From Chiloscyllium plagiosum (taxonomy: Eukaryota), in the NCBI RefSeq assembly GCF_004010195.1, contig NC_057719.1:34236807-34300806 (forward strand): 64,000 nucleotides of DNA. The letters are read 5' to 3'. How positions within the stretch are numbered: position 1 is the stretch's first letter; each line of letters starts with the position of its first letter. The translations under genes and the position numbers were made by a program. This document shows positions 11,501 to 25,039 of the stretch, piece after piece. A model generated the notes under the pieces. That model did no database searches, had not been told where the DNA came from, and saw only the letters and a list, made by a program, of their open reading frames with translations.

Positions 11501-12067
11501 CAGCTTCTAATTCAATACCAGGAATAGCCTAGCATTTGAAAGAATATTATTCCTGGGTTTTTAAATAGAGCTTTTTAAATAGTTGACAACAATTGTTATC
11601 GAGTTTAATATTCAAATTCCACTTGTTTATCAAACTCCCACCAATCATGACTGTAATTAACTGATTATTATTCTTGTCAGTTTTTATCACCACAGTTTAA
11701 AAAGCTGATGTCCGAATGCTGTGTGTAACTTTACCTTTCCAGTTCACATGGATGCATTTTAGGAAAATGCTTTATCAGCTCAATATTTCAATCAATCTTC
11801 CAAGCATATTGCCAAATTTTCTATCACGTACAAAATAATCCACTCTACCACCATTATATCTAACCAACGTATCTCTATGAAAAATCCCATGATAGTTGGT
11901 GACTACACATCACATGCAGATTATTTAATATTCTACAATCACATTTTTATATTTCTCATTCATCTCATTTGACTTTCGATAGTCTTTTCAATGGAATTGT
12001 TTTAACCTCAGTTATGTTATTTAGTGTCATATGCGCTGCCTTCAATTAGAAAGTACTAGTAATACCT

Positions 12068-12355
12068 TAACAGAATCACAGAGCTGTACAACATGGAAAC
12101 AGACCCTTCAGTCCAACTCACCCATGCCAACCAGATATCTTTGATTTATCTAAACTCCTATTTGTCACCATTTGGCCCATATACCTCTAAACTCTTCCTA
12201 TTCTTTTACCCATCCAGAAGCCTTTCAAATGTTGTAATTGTACCAGCCTCCACCACTTTCCCTGGCAGTTCATTTATATACACGCACCACCCTCTGCATG
12301 AAAAAGTTAACACTTAGGTCCCTTTTAAATCTTTCCCCTCTCACCTTGAACTTAT
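12068..12355 (-). mobile_element. HER1/CR1 LINE 3' end
   Basis: Close match to 36872-37150 (ttgtaccagcctccaccacttc). Confidence 0.85.
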
Positions 12356-14794
12356 AGTATTGGCAATCTGCACATAAGCAGAAAAGCCTGTATTCTGAGA
12401 ATTTCAGCTGGTCGGAGCAGTTTTACATTTCTAAGCTCGATAAAAATGCAGCAATAAAGTAAGACATCTATTTTTCATACTTAATAATATAACTTTACTG
12501 TTTGCAAGAAATGAAAAAAATGTACCACATGTCATGCTTAAATTGTCAAACCAATTTGGTTAGAGTCAAGGAACAAAAAGGGTGCAATTATATTGCTAGA
12601 TGTAGTCTATTGACCACGAGCTAGTGAGAAAGATGTAGAGGAATGAATCTGCAGGGAAATTACAGAGAGATGCTAAAATTATTGAGTAATTACAATGAGG
12701 GATTTTAATTGCCCAGTAGTAGATTTGAGTACAGATCATGTAAGCAGCAGGGAGTGATCTTACCTTGCATTCAGGAGAGCTTCCCACAGCAGCATGTGTC
12801 CTGTGCAACACGAAAAGATGCATTCTTCAATTCGGTTGTTGGAAATTATGTGGATCAAGTGTTAGTGAGGGAATATCTAGGAGACATGGATCATTATATC
12901 ATAAGGTTCAACATCATGCATGCTAACTTTATTTTATTGCTGGAAACAATATTTCTCTCATGTGGTACCCTGGAAAACTATCAAAATAATCTTTTACACT
13001 GGTCAATAGATCAATAGAAATGATGCCTTACCAATAAAAGAAAATTTTCAAGACTTTTGTTTCAATGTGATTTAGTTTTTGTGATTTTTCAAGAGCCTAG
13101 ATTTATGCAACATTTCTGCAATGTTTTAACCAAAATCTACTCACGATAATGATGAAAAATAATGTATTGCTAATGGTTTTAAACTATATTGGAAGAGATT
13201 AACAAAATGCTGTTACATATAAAAATCGGTCATTAATTCCATTTGAAAGCTTGAGGGACACATTAACTCCAAAGAAAGGATTATTCGCTGAGGGCATTTA
13301 AGCATTTTCTGTGAAGTATATTGAGACTTGTTTATAGAAAGCAAGTGAAAGACAATTTAGCTTTAAACTCATGCAGCTACATAATGATCTATATCAGGAT
13401 GAATTCCATGAATATTCCGCTAATATTCTAACTCTAGGCTGAAATAACATGCTTCCATTTGGTAACTTTTCAGAAGTAGTTTGTCAATTAGGGAGTATGT
13501 GGCCATAGAATTTGGCAGCACATCCACCATAGGTAAATTAATTATTGAGGATGAATTGAACTTATTAAGACACAATTGGCCCTGATATTTCACTGCCCAT
13601 GCCAAAATATAGCTGGTGTGAGCAGTCATAAAGTAGAGGGCAGCCATTTCGAAATGCCGACCTGGAGAAAGGGGGGGACAGGGATGTATGGGGCATCTAA
13701 TTCAGGGGGTGCCATGCATGATTTGGGGGTAACCTGCTAAGATGCCAAACCATCCTTCCCATCCAAAAGAATCAATCAGACCCCCATCCCCTCAACATGT
13801 GATCAAATCCCATCTTGTTGTCAAGAGCAGTGTCTTTCACAGTTGTTTGTGCCAAAGAAAGCAATAAGTTGAAAAATCATAATATACTATGCTAAACTGT
13901 ACAGGTATTTGGAATTGTGTGCTTTTTACTTATGTTCCAGAGGCAAGAAGATAGAATAGGTTATCTAAAGTTGATGAATAGATTATTCATGAATTTTTAG
14001 ATGAGCAGATTTGGCACATTGAATGGGTTTTTCTTATCCATGCTATTAAGATTGTAACTGGAGCTACTAAGTTATGGAACGATGAGCAAGTCTATGCAAG
14101 AGTGCATGTCTGTCACTTTATTCACTAACTCTTGCACTTCAATAAATTACAAATTTGAACTTCTCTCTGGTCTACCATAATCCAGTCATTTTCTATTGCT
14201 GATAGCACTAACAAAGAGTAAGCTTGTCAGCAACTCCCAGCAGCCACACACATGTAGCTAAATATGATTGTTATGAATTTGCTGTCTGAGGTATGTTGTC
14301 CTCTTGAATCTTCCCCATGCCGATAATGAGGGATTTTGCATTGAATCACATTGAACGGTGTAAATTCATTAACTTATGTGATAGATAGTTATAAGACTGC
14401 ATTCACTGCAGTTATTCAACAGAAGAATAATTGAATTATAATTACTGAAGTGAATATTCATTAGAGGGTGAAATCTTGTTTCTTCCCTCATGGCACATTT
14501 GGTGACAGGGACATTTAGTCATGCAGGTGTGGAGACCACAAATCCTACCAACTTCCTAACTCCTCCCCCATCCTAATTTGGATCAGGGCAGGAAGCCTCA
14601 TGGTCAACTTTCCCATCTGCCAACAATTGAGGTCTTACATGAGCAATTATTGCCAATTTAAGGGCCTCATCTTATCATTACTGGTGTTAACCCAAAGGTG
14701 GGGTGGGGTTCACACTGTAGTGAATATAACAAATGAATCTGTGTGGTGTTGTTTGCAGACTCCCAGTGTGTGGTGTTTGACCATGTCCCTTCAT

Positions 14795-15230
14795 TAAAGG
14801 ATTCAAGTGCTGAATGGAGGGAGCCAGTACTGGTTGGTAGGTGCCTAGAACGTGCAGCCTGAGGAGGTAGTTGGAGCAGATAGAAGCATAAAGTTTAAGA
14901 GGCATTTTGACAGATGCATGAACAGGCAGGAATGGAAGAATATAGTCCAAGTGCAAGCAGATGGGATTAATTCAGTGTAAGATCACAATCGGCACAGGCA
15001 TGCTGAAATGAAGGGCCTGTTCCTGTGTTGTACTGCTCAAATTGCATCAGTCTCACTGCATCAAATATATCTATCCCTTTCTGAAAAATACTTTGACCTC
15101 AATTATTCTTTGTGGCAATGAATTTCACAGGCTCGCCAATCTGTGGATGAACAAATTTCTCCTCATCTCAGTCCTAAATGGCTTAACCAGGTTCCTTAAA
15201 CTGTGACCCCTGGTTCTGGGCTCCCTGTCT
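14795..15230. mobile_element. Two tail-to-tail CR1 3' fragments (14795-15040 +, 15050-15230 -)
   Basis: tagaacgtgcagcctgaggaggtagttggagcag...gggcctgttcctgtgttgtac; then aaatttctcctcatctcagtcctaaatggc on the opposite strand. Confidence 0.65.
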
Positions 15231-15419
15231 AGTCATGGCGTGAACCATGTCCAATTTTCACCCCAGCTTACTGCATGCCATTCCCAGAACAATGTGCCAC
15301 TCACTGCTTATCCCAAAATTGACCGTTATCCCTGGTGCTATGCCATATTTCAAAGACCATTGTGCACCTGGACAGGTACTGTCAGGCTGGAGCCACCCTG
15401 TACAGTTGCTGATATTTTC

Positions 15420-15640
15420 TCCAGACATAGCAAACAGGGGGAAATTGGTGTCCTTCTATTTGGGTAGGATCTTGGAGCTCCTGTTGGATGGGGACGTATA
15501 CGGGCAGGGCTTCTTCCCTGGAAGCCACAACACCAGACCTTGTCAGCCTGGTCCAAGGTTGCCACCAATAAGTACAATCTTAGCCATCTGGAAGAATGCC
15601 TAGCACCACAGGAAGAAGATCAACAACTTCCTGCACTCCA
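15420..15640 (+). pseudogene. Myb/SANT-like DNA-binding ORF remnant, probably from a PIF/Harbinger transposon
   Basis: Across frames reads RGKLVSFYLGRILELLLDG...AWSKVAT...STILAIWKNA*HHRKKINNFL. This resembles the Myb/SANT pattern F...LE.LL..V...AW..VA..VS.....QCRKK.NDL. Confidence 0.5.
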
Positions 15641-16460
15641 ACAGCATAATCGCCACTATCTTCTCTCCAATACCTCACATGCATTCTAGCTGCGTTGCTG
15701 CACCCAACATCTTGCCCTCATCCTGTCCAACCTGTGAAACCACTCACCCTAAATGTCCTCTGTGTGGCTTATTCATATGCTCCAAAACCTCCCCACCTGT
15801 CCCAACAATAATAGCTGTGTCACCCATGTTCTTCTTCCTTTAATCTGCCCTCTCTCATTCCAGTAGCTGCACAATCCACAGTAGGGCAGAAAGAGTCAGG
15901 ACAGGTCTGGGCTCCTCACCCCTGACCACCACAGGGTCCCAACTCTGAGCACCCTGATTCAGGCCTGGATAAGTAGCCAGGGCAACTGTTGACTTATTGT
16001 AGTGGGACTGCTTGAGCAAAGACTATCCCTCTTGACACGATTGAGGTCTGCTGATAAACATGGCAAGCATCGCAGCTTTGCTACTGCACTACCTGGCAAG
16101 ACAAAACAGTAGTAATATGAGCTGATACCTCTGGCTGAGGAGGCAATGTGCAATAAGGAAAGGCAAGTCAATCTAAGTCAGGGCAGTTGCAAACTTCCAG
16201 GAAGTTTCAGAGTGAGTGAGCACTATGGCAGCAACTGAAGAGCCCAAAGATGCAGCCTGCCCAGTCCATGAGCTCAGTGTGTGTACCTGAGTCCATCGTG
16301 TCCTTGCTGCAGCATCACAATGGTGGCTGCTGGTGCAGCCGAATTGCATGTCTGGATTGGAGATATCCCACGTGGGTTCGTAGAAGCTGGGCAATATCGA
16401 ATGTCAATGATTGTGGATGTGGGATGTGTGTAGTGAGTTCCCATGGACCTCCTCCAAGAT

Positions 16461-16662
16461 CAACTAGCAGAAAGTGAGGACTGCAGATGCTGGAGATCAG
16501 AGCTGAAAAATGTGTTGCTGGAAAAGTGCAGCAGGTCAGGCAGCATCAAAGGAGCAAGAGAATCAGGAATGCTGAAGAAGGGCTTATGTCCGAAACGTCG
16601 ATTCTCCTGCTCCTTTGATGCTGCCTCACCTGCTGCGCTTTTCCAGCAACACATTTTTCAGC
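16461..16662. mobile_element. Fold-back PLE family A insertion with hammerhead at 16572-16599
   Basis: Inverted arms ~16501-16563 / ~16601-16662. TSD acct(c/t)ctccaagat at 16447-16460 and 16663-16676. Confidence 0.88.
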
Positions 16663-18769
16663 ACCTTCTCCAAGATGTTGATGTAACATGGAGGCTTTTG
16701 GGACCAGGGAGTGAGTTGAATCTGCCAAGAGGCCTCTCTGGTTTCCATGTCGATATTTCTCAATGGCAAGGTTGTGCGATGAGTTTAGTAAGATCAGAAC
16801 GCATGGTGAGTTGGGCAGTTAACAGGCGTTTACCAAGTAACAACGAACATCAACTAGGAATTTATTGCTACCTGATGAGAATCTCACCATGCTGCTTGAG
16901 ATAAACATACAAAATACAGTGAGGTGATCTTAATATCAAGATGGACCTCACAGAACACCTTACTCAATTCTATCAGTCATCTCACCATATCCCTCATTGA
17001 TCAGAGCCTGGTAAGATTCCAACCATCTTTACCAAAATTATTGTGAGATCTAGGGTCACAAATTTGACCCTTTCAAGATCCTAAAGTGTTCTGCCTTTCC
17101 CAAACCAAGTCCTTACAACCATCATCAGATTTGGTAGAAATTAATGTGCAATCCAAAATTAACCCTCTTAGAACTATTAATTTATGCAACATCCGTTAAC
17201 TTTAAACTTTGCATGTTGGATATTGCAAAGAGTAAAACAATGTTATGACAATTTGTGATTACACAAAATGGTTTTATTTTAAAGTGCTGAGTGACCATCA
17301 TTTTGTCCTTTATTACCAGCAAATGTGAACACAATGACTGATACAAAGACAGAGTTTCTTAAAAAACTTCCGTTCAAAACTACCATGAAGTCTTCTTAAG
17401 TAATGCTCATGGCATAGGAATAATCTATATTTTAAAAAACAATTTTGAATACGTATGAATACACTGTGAATGTGTTGAATGTCAATTTGCTTTACTTCAT
17501 TGTCATTTTAGCTGAAGATCAAAAGTTGTCAAAGATGTGTTCATTAAAATATAAAGAATATAAAAAATGTACATGCTCATGTTTAAAATATTTTCCAGTG
17601 TGAATTTACATATGATTTTACTCTTCACAATGTCTAACATGCAAATCTGAAGCTTATGTTTGGAGACTGGGGATTTCTGCCAGCCATCATTGCATTTCAT
17701 GAATTCCACTTTTGACCCATCTGTTCATGCTAACAATGTGAGCAAGCCAGCTCATTTTAGGTTGTCAGGCATGCACATCATATCCAGCCTATGTTTCTGG
17801 TGAAACAAGATAGATGGCCTGCACAGAATCTTAAGCTAGCACACATTTCTGGAGGATCACCCTTTTTGCTGAACCTCATCATATTCATTGTCCCTTTCAG
17901 CCAACTGACAGCCCTGGACATCTTCAGTATGACTCTACACTAAATCATGAGGAACTCTACAAGTTAGGGAGTTTTCTTTTCTCAGATAGAACTGCAGATT
18001 TTTAGAAAAGGGAGAAAAAATAAAAATGCAACATCAATGCATTAAGTAAATACTATTGTTAAGTAAATAACAGCTGATTTAAAAATGCTAAACATGCAAC
18101 ACATGCAGTATTTGTTGGAATTTTGTTCCATTACAGACCCTAAATTGATCAGTAGCTCCAACAATACTTTGTTCCTAATCTAAAGACACTCATCAGTGCC
18201 AACTTTGCTGGAAATTGAACTTACTCTGCTTTGTTGGATAGGTTTTGTTGAATTTGCCTGAACCATTAGACTAAGGTCTTCGTATTTGTACATGTGCAGC
18301 ATCACAAAGCAAAGAAAGACTTATTAATTTTTAGTAGTTCCCCAGTTTTTGTTTTGACAGAAGCTGCACTGTCACTCTAGTTCCATTACTCCACAGTCAC
18401 AACATAAAAGTACTTTTTCTAGTTATCAGGATGATTAATTAAACACCTTATCTATATTAGGTTTTAATCAAAAGATATATCAGCAAAGTTTCTTAATTAA
18501 CACAGTTAGGGGTTTATTATCAATCAAAGACACATACTCACAGCTCAACAGTACTATCATCAGGAGTGGCTGCAACAGACACTGCTGGATGAAACAGCAA
18601 ATATCTTAATGCCGAGTGCCTTGAACAGGAAATTTGTTTCTGCCAGTGCCAGGCACACAGACTCCATTGTCTTTTTTATCTGGGGGATTGGCGGGGGGGG
18701 GGGGGGGGGGGAGGGGTGGCTCTTTCCACCAGCAGCACCATCTTGTGGGGAATCTAGGACATGAAGCTC

Positions 18770-19030
18770 AATTGCAGGCTGAGAGATGAATCTTGTAAGG
18801 CTAAGATGAGCAGGACATCTATCATTCAGAGGGTTGTGAATCGTTGAAATTCTGCGAATGTTCCACCATTGAGTATTTTCAAGACTGTTGTGAATAGAGT
18901 ATTGCTCTCTCAAGGAATCAAACAGCATGAGGAGCAGGTGGAAAAGTCCAACTGAAGTAGATGATCGCATGGAACATCAGAGCATGCTCAAAGGGCAATA
19001 TGGTCTACTCTTACTATGATTTCTTACATT
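18770..19030 (+). mobile_element. Old CR1 3' fragment
   Basis: ttcagagggttgtgaatcgttgaaattct...cagagcatgctcaaagggcaatatggtctactc. Confidence 0.65.
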
Positions 19031-19557
19031 GATCGTTGTGGTTCCTTGCCATGGCAAGCTGTTCAATAGCAGGAGGAAGAGGAGAGGGAAAAGAAGAAAG
19101 AGGAGTAGGAAGAAGAGAGAAGGTAACTAACTCATCTTCTTTCTTGTTGGACTGTCCTCGATTACCCTCGTTCAATTACAATGCTAATGAACAGAGCAAC
19201 AATCCCCGATCACCAGCACTCATACCTCCGACCAAGCCTCTAATGAAATATCACAGGGTCCACTTGATGAAACAGAAACCACCATCAAACAATTACTTCA
19301 AACCAATTTTACCAATCAAACCATCTAATATTCCATCCATAACTCAGCTAATCTGTTTTAAGCATTATGTATTATGGAAACCTTTTCCAGTCCAGGTGTT
19401 AATGTGCAGTGTTACTTCACTGGTGACATTTTGGAAGTCTACTGATTTTCATGGGAGGAGAATACAGCTGTAAGAGGCCCTCATGTAGCTCTGTGTCTTG
19501 AAAACTTGGCTTCAGACTTCACCATCTCTATATGGGTGTCAGCAATCAGCTCTGGAT

Positions 19558-19754
19558 TCTGGATTAGTGGTGCTGGAAGAGCACAGCAGTTCAGGCAGCA
19601 TCCAAGAAGCAGCGAAATCGACGTTTCGGGCAAAAGCCCTTCATCCCGAAACGTTGATTTCGCTGCTCCTTGGATGCTGCCCGAACTGCTGTGCTCTTCC
19701 AGCACCACTGATCCAGAATCTGGTTTCCAGCATCTGCAGTCATTGTTTTTACCT
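19558..19754. mobile_element. Fold-back PLE family A insertion
   Basis: Arms ~19555-19630 / ~19645-19720. TSD aatcag(c/t)tctggat at 19544-19557 and 19755-19768. Confidence 0.88.
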
Positions 19755-21289
19755 AATCAGTTCTGGATGGCAGGCACATCACAGCCAGAGTACCATTAAG
19801 ATCCCAGATTATCATCACTGGACCAGTCAGATCTCAGACTGAAACATGGCATGGTAGATCACATTTAATCTCGGTTTGGATGTAACAAAGTGATCTGTCA
19901 CTGAAACCTAAGCACAAAATGCTACAGATTTTGCTTTAACACTGAAACAGAATTTTATTAAGAAAATAAATGAAGTTCTAATCAAACAAATCAAATTATC
20001 TACTTAAAGTAGAAGTTCAAAGATTTGTAAACACCTTTAAAGAATAATTTTATTAATTCCTAGACACTCCTTTGTAAATATAACAGAAAAACATTAGCTC
20101 TTGTATGGAACTCAAAACACACCCCACAACAATACCCAAACACATATCTGTACAGTACATTAAAACACCACACACAGTCTCCAACATCTTGTAATGTTAA
20201 CGTCACTTGTCACTTTCACTTATTAACTAAACCTGCTGATTGTTTTTTTCCTGGAGCTATCATATACTTGAGCTTAAATAGATTCTGCTTTAAGTCACCA
20301 CTTCACTGTTTCTTAATCCACAACTCTTCTGGTTTGGAACTAATACTAACTCTTTACTCAAAGATAATCAGCTTCACTCTATCCTTCCTGCCTCAGGACT
20401 ACTGAATCACGGTACCCCTGTAGTGCAGAAAGAGGCCATTTGGCCCATTGAGTCTGCACCAACATGAAGAGTATTCCACCCAGACCCACCTCCAGCTCAT
20501 TCCCACAACCTCGATGGGTTTTTAACCTTGGCTATCCCACATAACTTGTGTGTGTTAAGATGTGTTTGTGTGATCTGACTATCATAATTAAATAGCTGGC
20601 AATGGGTGTAGTTGTGAGCTGTGGGTGTGAGGATTTTATCAGTGTTAAGTGATATGAGGCTACTAATGTTATGTTTGTGCATGCTTGATAGAGATTCTTG
20701 GTGAGTGGAGTAGATGCAGTGAATGAAACAGTCGTCAACCTGCAGGGAAATGGCTTACAATCTTGACAAGTTACATAGGATTATTGAACTTTTTGTAGCA
20801 TTGCACAAAGATTCTCAGGACTAGACCACTGTCATGGTTGCAATGACTATCTACTCCCACTGCCTTCATGTTGCCTGTCTACAGGACTTCCTAGTTCATG
20901 GAAGGAAGGTCAATGGTGTGGCATTGGATAATGTTGCAATACTCTTTGTGGCATGTTCTTCTATTTCTGGTCCTCTTTCCACTCAGGGATTCCTCAACCA
21001 GTTTCAGCAACTGGTACAGTCAGAATGTATTGTGCCCAAGATGGTTTAAAACCAGTCTAGCTTTAAGTGGTGTCTCACTTCACACAAGCCTAGGCACTTT
21101 ACTCCTGCGTATCATCGCTCCATGGCATCCTTTGCACTAGGCTACACATTATTGCCATTTAGATTAGTGGACAACACAAGATTTGTTTGCAGCTGCATCA
21201 GGAGGAAAGGACACAGATTTATCACATGATTTATTACATATTTTGCAACCTAATCCAATTTTTCTCTGATTATTTTCTCTGGTCAAAGA

Positions 21290-21565
21290 ATCATAAACAA
21301 GGGGATATAGTCTTAAAATTTGATCTGGGTCACTTCGATGGGAAATCAGGAAGTCATTATTTTCATGGTAAAGCTAGTAACAATCTTTAGCTTTGTTCCT
21401 TCAAATCCTGTGGATGCAGGAACAGTTGGAATTTTTCAGACAAAGATCAATGCTATTTTTGTTTGGTACAAGTGTCATGGTTTATGGAGGTAAATGAATG
21501 GAGGTAGAAACTATCTATGATCTGATTGAATAGTTGAGTAGGTTTGATGGACTGAATGCCCTACC
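21290..21565 (+). mobile_element. Old CR1 3' fragment
   Basis: aaatcaggaagtcattattttc...tatgatctgattgaatag...ggactgaatgccctac. Confidence 0.6.
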
Positions 21566-21595
21566 CATGCAACTACACTCTATAATCTCATCTCT

Positions 21596-21895
21596 CATAG
21601 AATCCCTATCTTCTGGAAGCAGGCCATTTAGCCCATTGATTCCACACTGACTCTCCAAAGAACATCCCACCCATATCCACCCCATCATTCTGCATTTACC
21701 ACGGCTTACCCAAAAGGCCGACACATCCCAGGGCACTATGGGAAATTCAGCATGGCCAATCCGCCTAAACTGCACATTTTGGACTACGGGAGGAATTCAG
21801 AGCACCCCCAGAGGGGCCCATGCAGACACAAGAAGAATGTACGAACTCCACACAGTCACAAAGGTGGAATCTAACCACAAGCCACCATGCTGCTC
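21596..21895 (-). mobile_element. HE1-type SINE (degenerate)
   Basis: ggaaattcagcatggccaatcc, gcagacacaagaagaatgtacgaactccacacag; HER1-derived tail. Confidence 0.8.
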
Positions 21896-23012
21896 ATTTC
21901 TGTAATAGCTGCTATCATAGCCTTTAATTTTTGCAGTTGCCTTACATTCATGCTTACCTCTTCATAAAACCATTGACAAACACCAAACAATCAAAATTTG
22001 ACTTGTTCTATTATTACATTTGGATTAATTTGTTTCCCATTACATTTTCCAGTGACTAGTGGAAACGTTAGCATAAAAAGATTGTCTTTGCATATCCTTT
22101 CTTAGTTTCTTAGCATCTGTATACCCATTTCTCTATCCACTAATAATTGTTTTGTGAATATAGACTAATTCCTGAAAACAAATATTTAAGAATGGAAGAA
22201 TCAGAAAGGAAGTGATAGTTAGCTGGAAGAAGTAGCTTTCTTAGTGTTTCACTTTCATTTAGAATGGTTTTCTACCATTCCTTGTTACTCTTCTCATTTT
22301 TCATTTAAACTGCTCCTGACTGTTAAAATTCAGATTTATTAAGCCCAAAAGTGGGCATTTTAAATTGTTTCCACAAATCCCAACTCGACTTTGCCTTCTT
22401 AGGCTTCTTTGGTAGGTTGGTCATGAATCAGTAAAAATCCAGAATAAATATGGCAGCTCCAGACCGTAATTAATCCTTTGCCTTCTAAATTAGAATTTTT
22501 CTGCCTTCATAAATTTTCCTTAAATTCTTAAGAAATCTAAAGCAAATTAAGTATATGAAGATCTCTTGTGTTTTAAAATCAATAGAATTGATATTAACCT
22601 ATCCATCGCTGTGCTTATAAAGTGTAGATATGTAGTTCTAGCAGCAAGATACCCATCCGTGCTTCCAAGTGTTGGAATTAATGCTGAGTTTCACACTTTA
22701 CTCCAATAATTTCATGGCCCAAATGTCAATTCTCTAAAGCATTTACTAACTACAACATTGAAAATTTATAATTTGAAAAATATAGGAATGGTCAAGTAAG
22801 GCTCAATTAGAACTCTCACTGGCTGATGAAGTCAGGCATTCTGATCAGAACCTTAACTATATAACTTAGGGGCCACTGATCTATAAAATAGTGACTGTGT
22901 TCTTCAACTAATTTGCAAATTACTTATTGGCTGAGAAGGAGCAGAAAGACAGAATGGAAAGGAAACAAAAGCAACCTTCTTATAGCAAACGATACGTTAA
23001 AGTGAAATCACT

Positions 23013-23306
23013 CATAGAATCAAGCCATGCAGCCCATCAAGTCTACACTGACCCTCTGAAGAGCATCCCACCCAGAACCCCCCTTCCCTTGTAATCCTGC
23101 AATTTTCCCATGGCTAATCCACCTAGCCTGCACACTGTGGAGAATTTAGCATGGCCAATCCACCCACCCTCCAAACTTCAGACTGTGGGAGGAAACCCAC
23201 ACAGACACAGGGAGAATGTGCAATCTCCACAAGGACAGTCACCCAAAGCTGGAATCAAACCCAGGTTCCTGGCACTGTGAAACAGCCGTGCTAACCACTG
23301 AGCCAT
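23013..23306 (-). mobile_element. HE1-type SINE
   Basis: tRNA-like head (tggctcagtggttagcac, gggtttgattcc on minus strand), central domain and CR1-like tail. Confidence 0.88.
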
Positions 23307-25039
23307 CTACTCAGCCAATCCAAATAACAAAACTTCATGAGTAACTTAAGTTCTTTTTGATGAAATGAAAAGAAGTGTCTCTAGTTTTTAGTCTTATAAA
23401 ATTCTTCAGCCAGAGGAGGAATAGATGAATTGAGCACAAGTCACCTCCTTTACCAAATTATTCTAATTGTTAAAGTGTAAGGTATTATTACAAAATAAAA
23501 AAAAGTTAAAGATGGAAAAGATTGGTATAAATACAATTTACAGAATTGACAGCCCAGTATCTGGCAGGGACAATGTGGTAAAATGAGATTCATGTGAATC
23601 ATGAAGTTGTCAGTGATCATATGATTGTGACATCAGTAAGTGAGAAGACACCAGTCTAGAATTAGCGTGTTAAGAGAGAGGTCTTAAACATGGCACTACA
23701 GAGCAATTTTTGATTACTTATTGTGTAAAGATGTAAGTAAAGAAGTTTTTACAGTAAGTAAGAAGCTGAGAAGTGTTACTAAGGGATAGAGAGTAAGCAG
23801 CCACAGTGACAGTATGTGCAGTCACCCACAGTACAAGATGCTCCTGGTTGCTTTCTCAAAGTGCTGGCAGCAGGATTAGCTTAAAGCACAATGTAAAGCA
23901 CACACCATAAAGACTGAGTGTACTGATCTGCTCATTGACAAACTTTCCAGATATCATTTGTATTCATAAGGATAGAAACATCGTCTTTAGGCAATAGCAC
24001 AAGCTGGCCAATGAAGGATTTGAATTATCGATTGACTGTTGATACATTATCATTCTTTTTATATCACTACCCAAGACTACTTTATAATACGACTATGTAA
24101 ATAAATTATTCTGAAAAGTTTTACCAATGACTTCTCAATAAAAAGCTCTATATTTTTTCAGGATTTTATCTTGATAAAATAGAATGACTATTACAAAGAA
24201 GAGCCAATATTCTTGAAATGTTTCTCCTTCCACAGGTTTTACCCAAATCTGGATTTCTTCAGCACTTTTGTTTTTATTTCAGATCTCTGGTATCCACGGT
24301 ATCTTAATTTTATATAAAAAATGTGGGGGCTTATTTTTGTCTTCACCTGTTGGAAATTAACACGGTGGGACCAATCAAACCCCACCCTCCAATCTCTGAC
24401 CACACTGTGGAACACATACAATTTTCTTTCCATTAAAAGTGATAGAATTAAAAATCGACAAGTGTTACAATGTGTGCGCTCAGGTCTGCCCTGCCTGATT
24501 AGGCAATCAGGATTGTAAAGACATATATACAAATATCCAGGGTGTTAGCTGCCAGTTTCCCAATCTCCCACTGAAAATGACAACAGATGTTTAATGCAGC
24601 CTTTTTGAATTCAATTTATTATTAGATTTCTGAATGTGGATAACTCTGGAAACTCTGTTTTTACTGCTTATCCTGCGTTGCACTTTGCTGTTGAGTAAAG
24701 TACTACAATTTATTGGCTCACTATCTACAGCAAGAGACATTTAAGTACGATCCATATTGTGGGTAAGCCAGACTGGATGGTAGCTTAATTTCTCTAAAAG
24801 CATTAACAAACTAGTTATGCTTCTATTCAAACATGTTCTGGGGGAATGAAAAAATACCAAAAGTTTAATATATTCTGAAAGCAGCTGACCAATCATAGGT
24901 TTTAGTGGTGGTGCTGCGTAGGACGGGATTACTCTTTCTGACAGAGATTTAGGTTTATATGTTTATCTCTTCCAAACAATATCAACACGTGACAGTATAA
25001 AAAGCAACATGCAATAGACAGAGCTAAGAAGTGACACAA

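Noticed and set aside
16443..16904. 153-aa ORF and similar ORFs (CWKSAAGQAAS / LLGCCLTCCA peptides) recurring across the window
   Set aside because: These are chance translations of the non-coding PLE terminal repeat, not a gene family.
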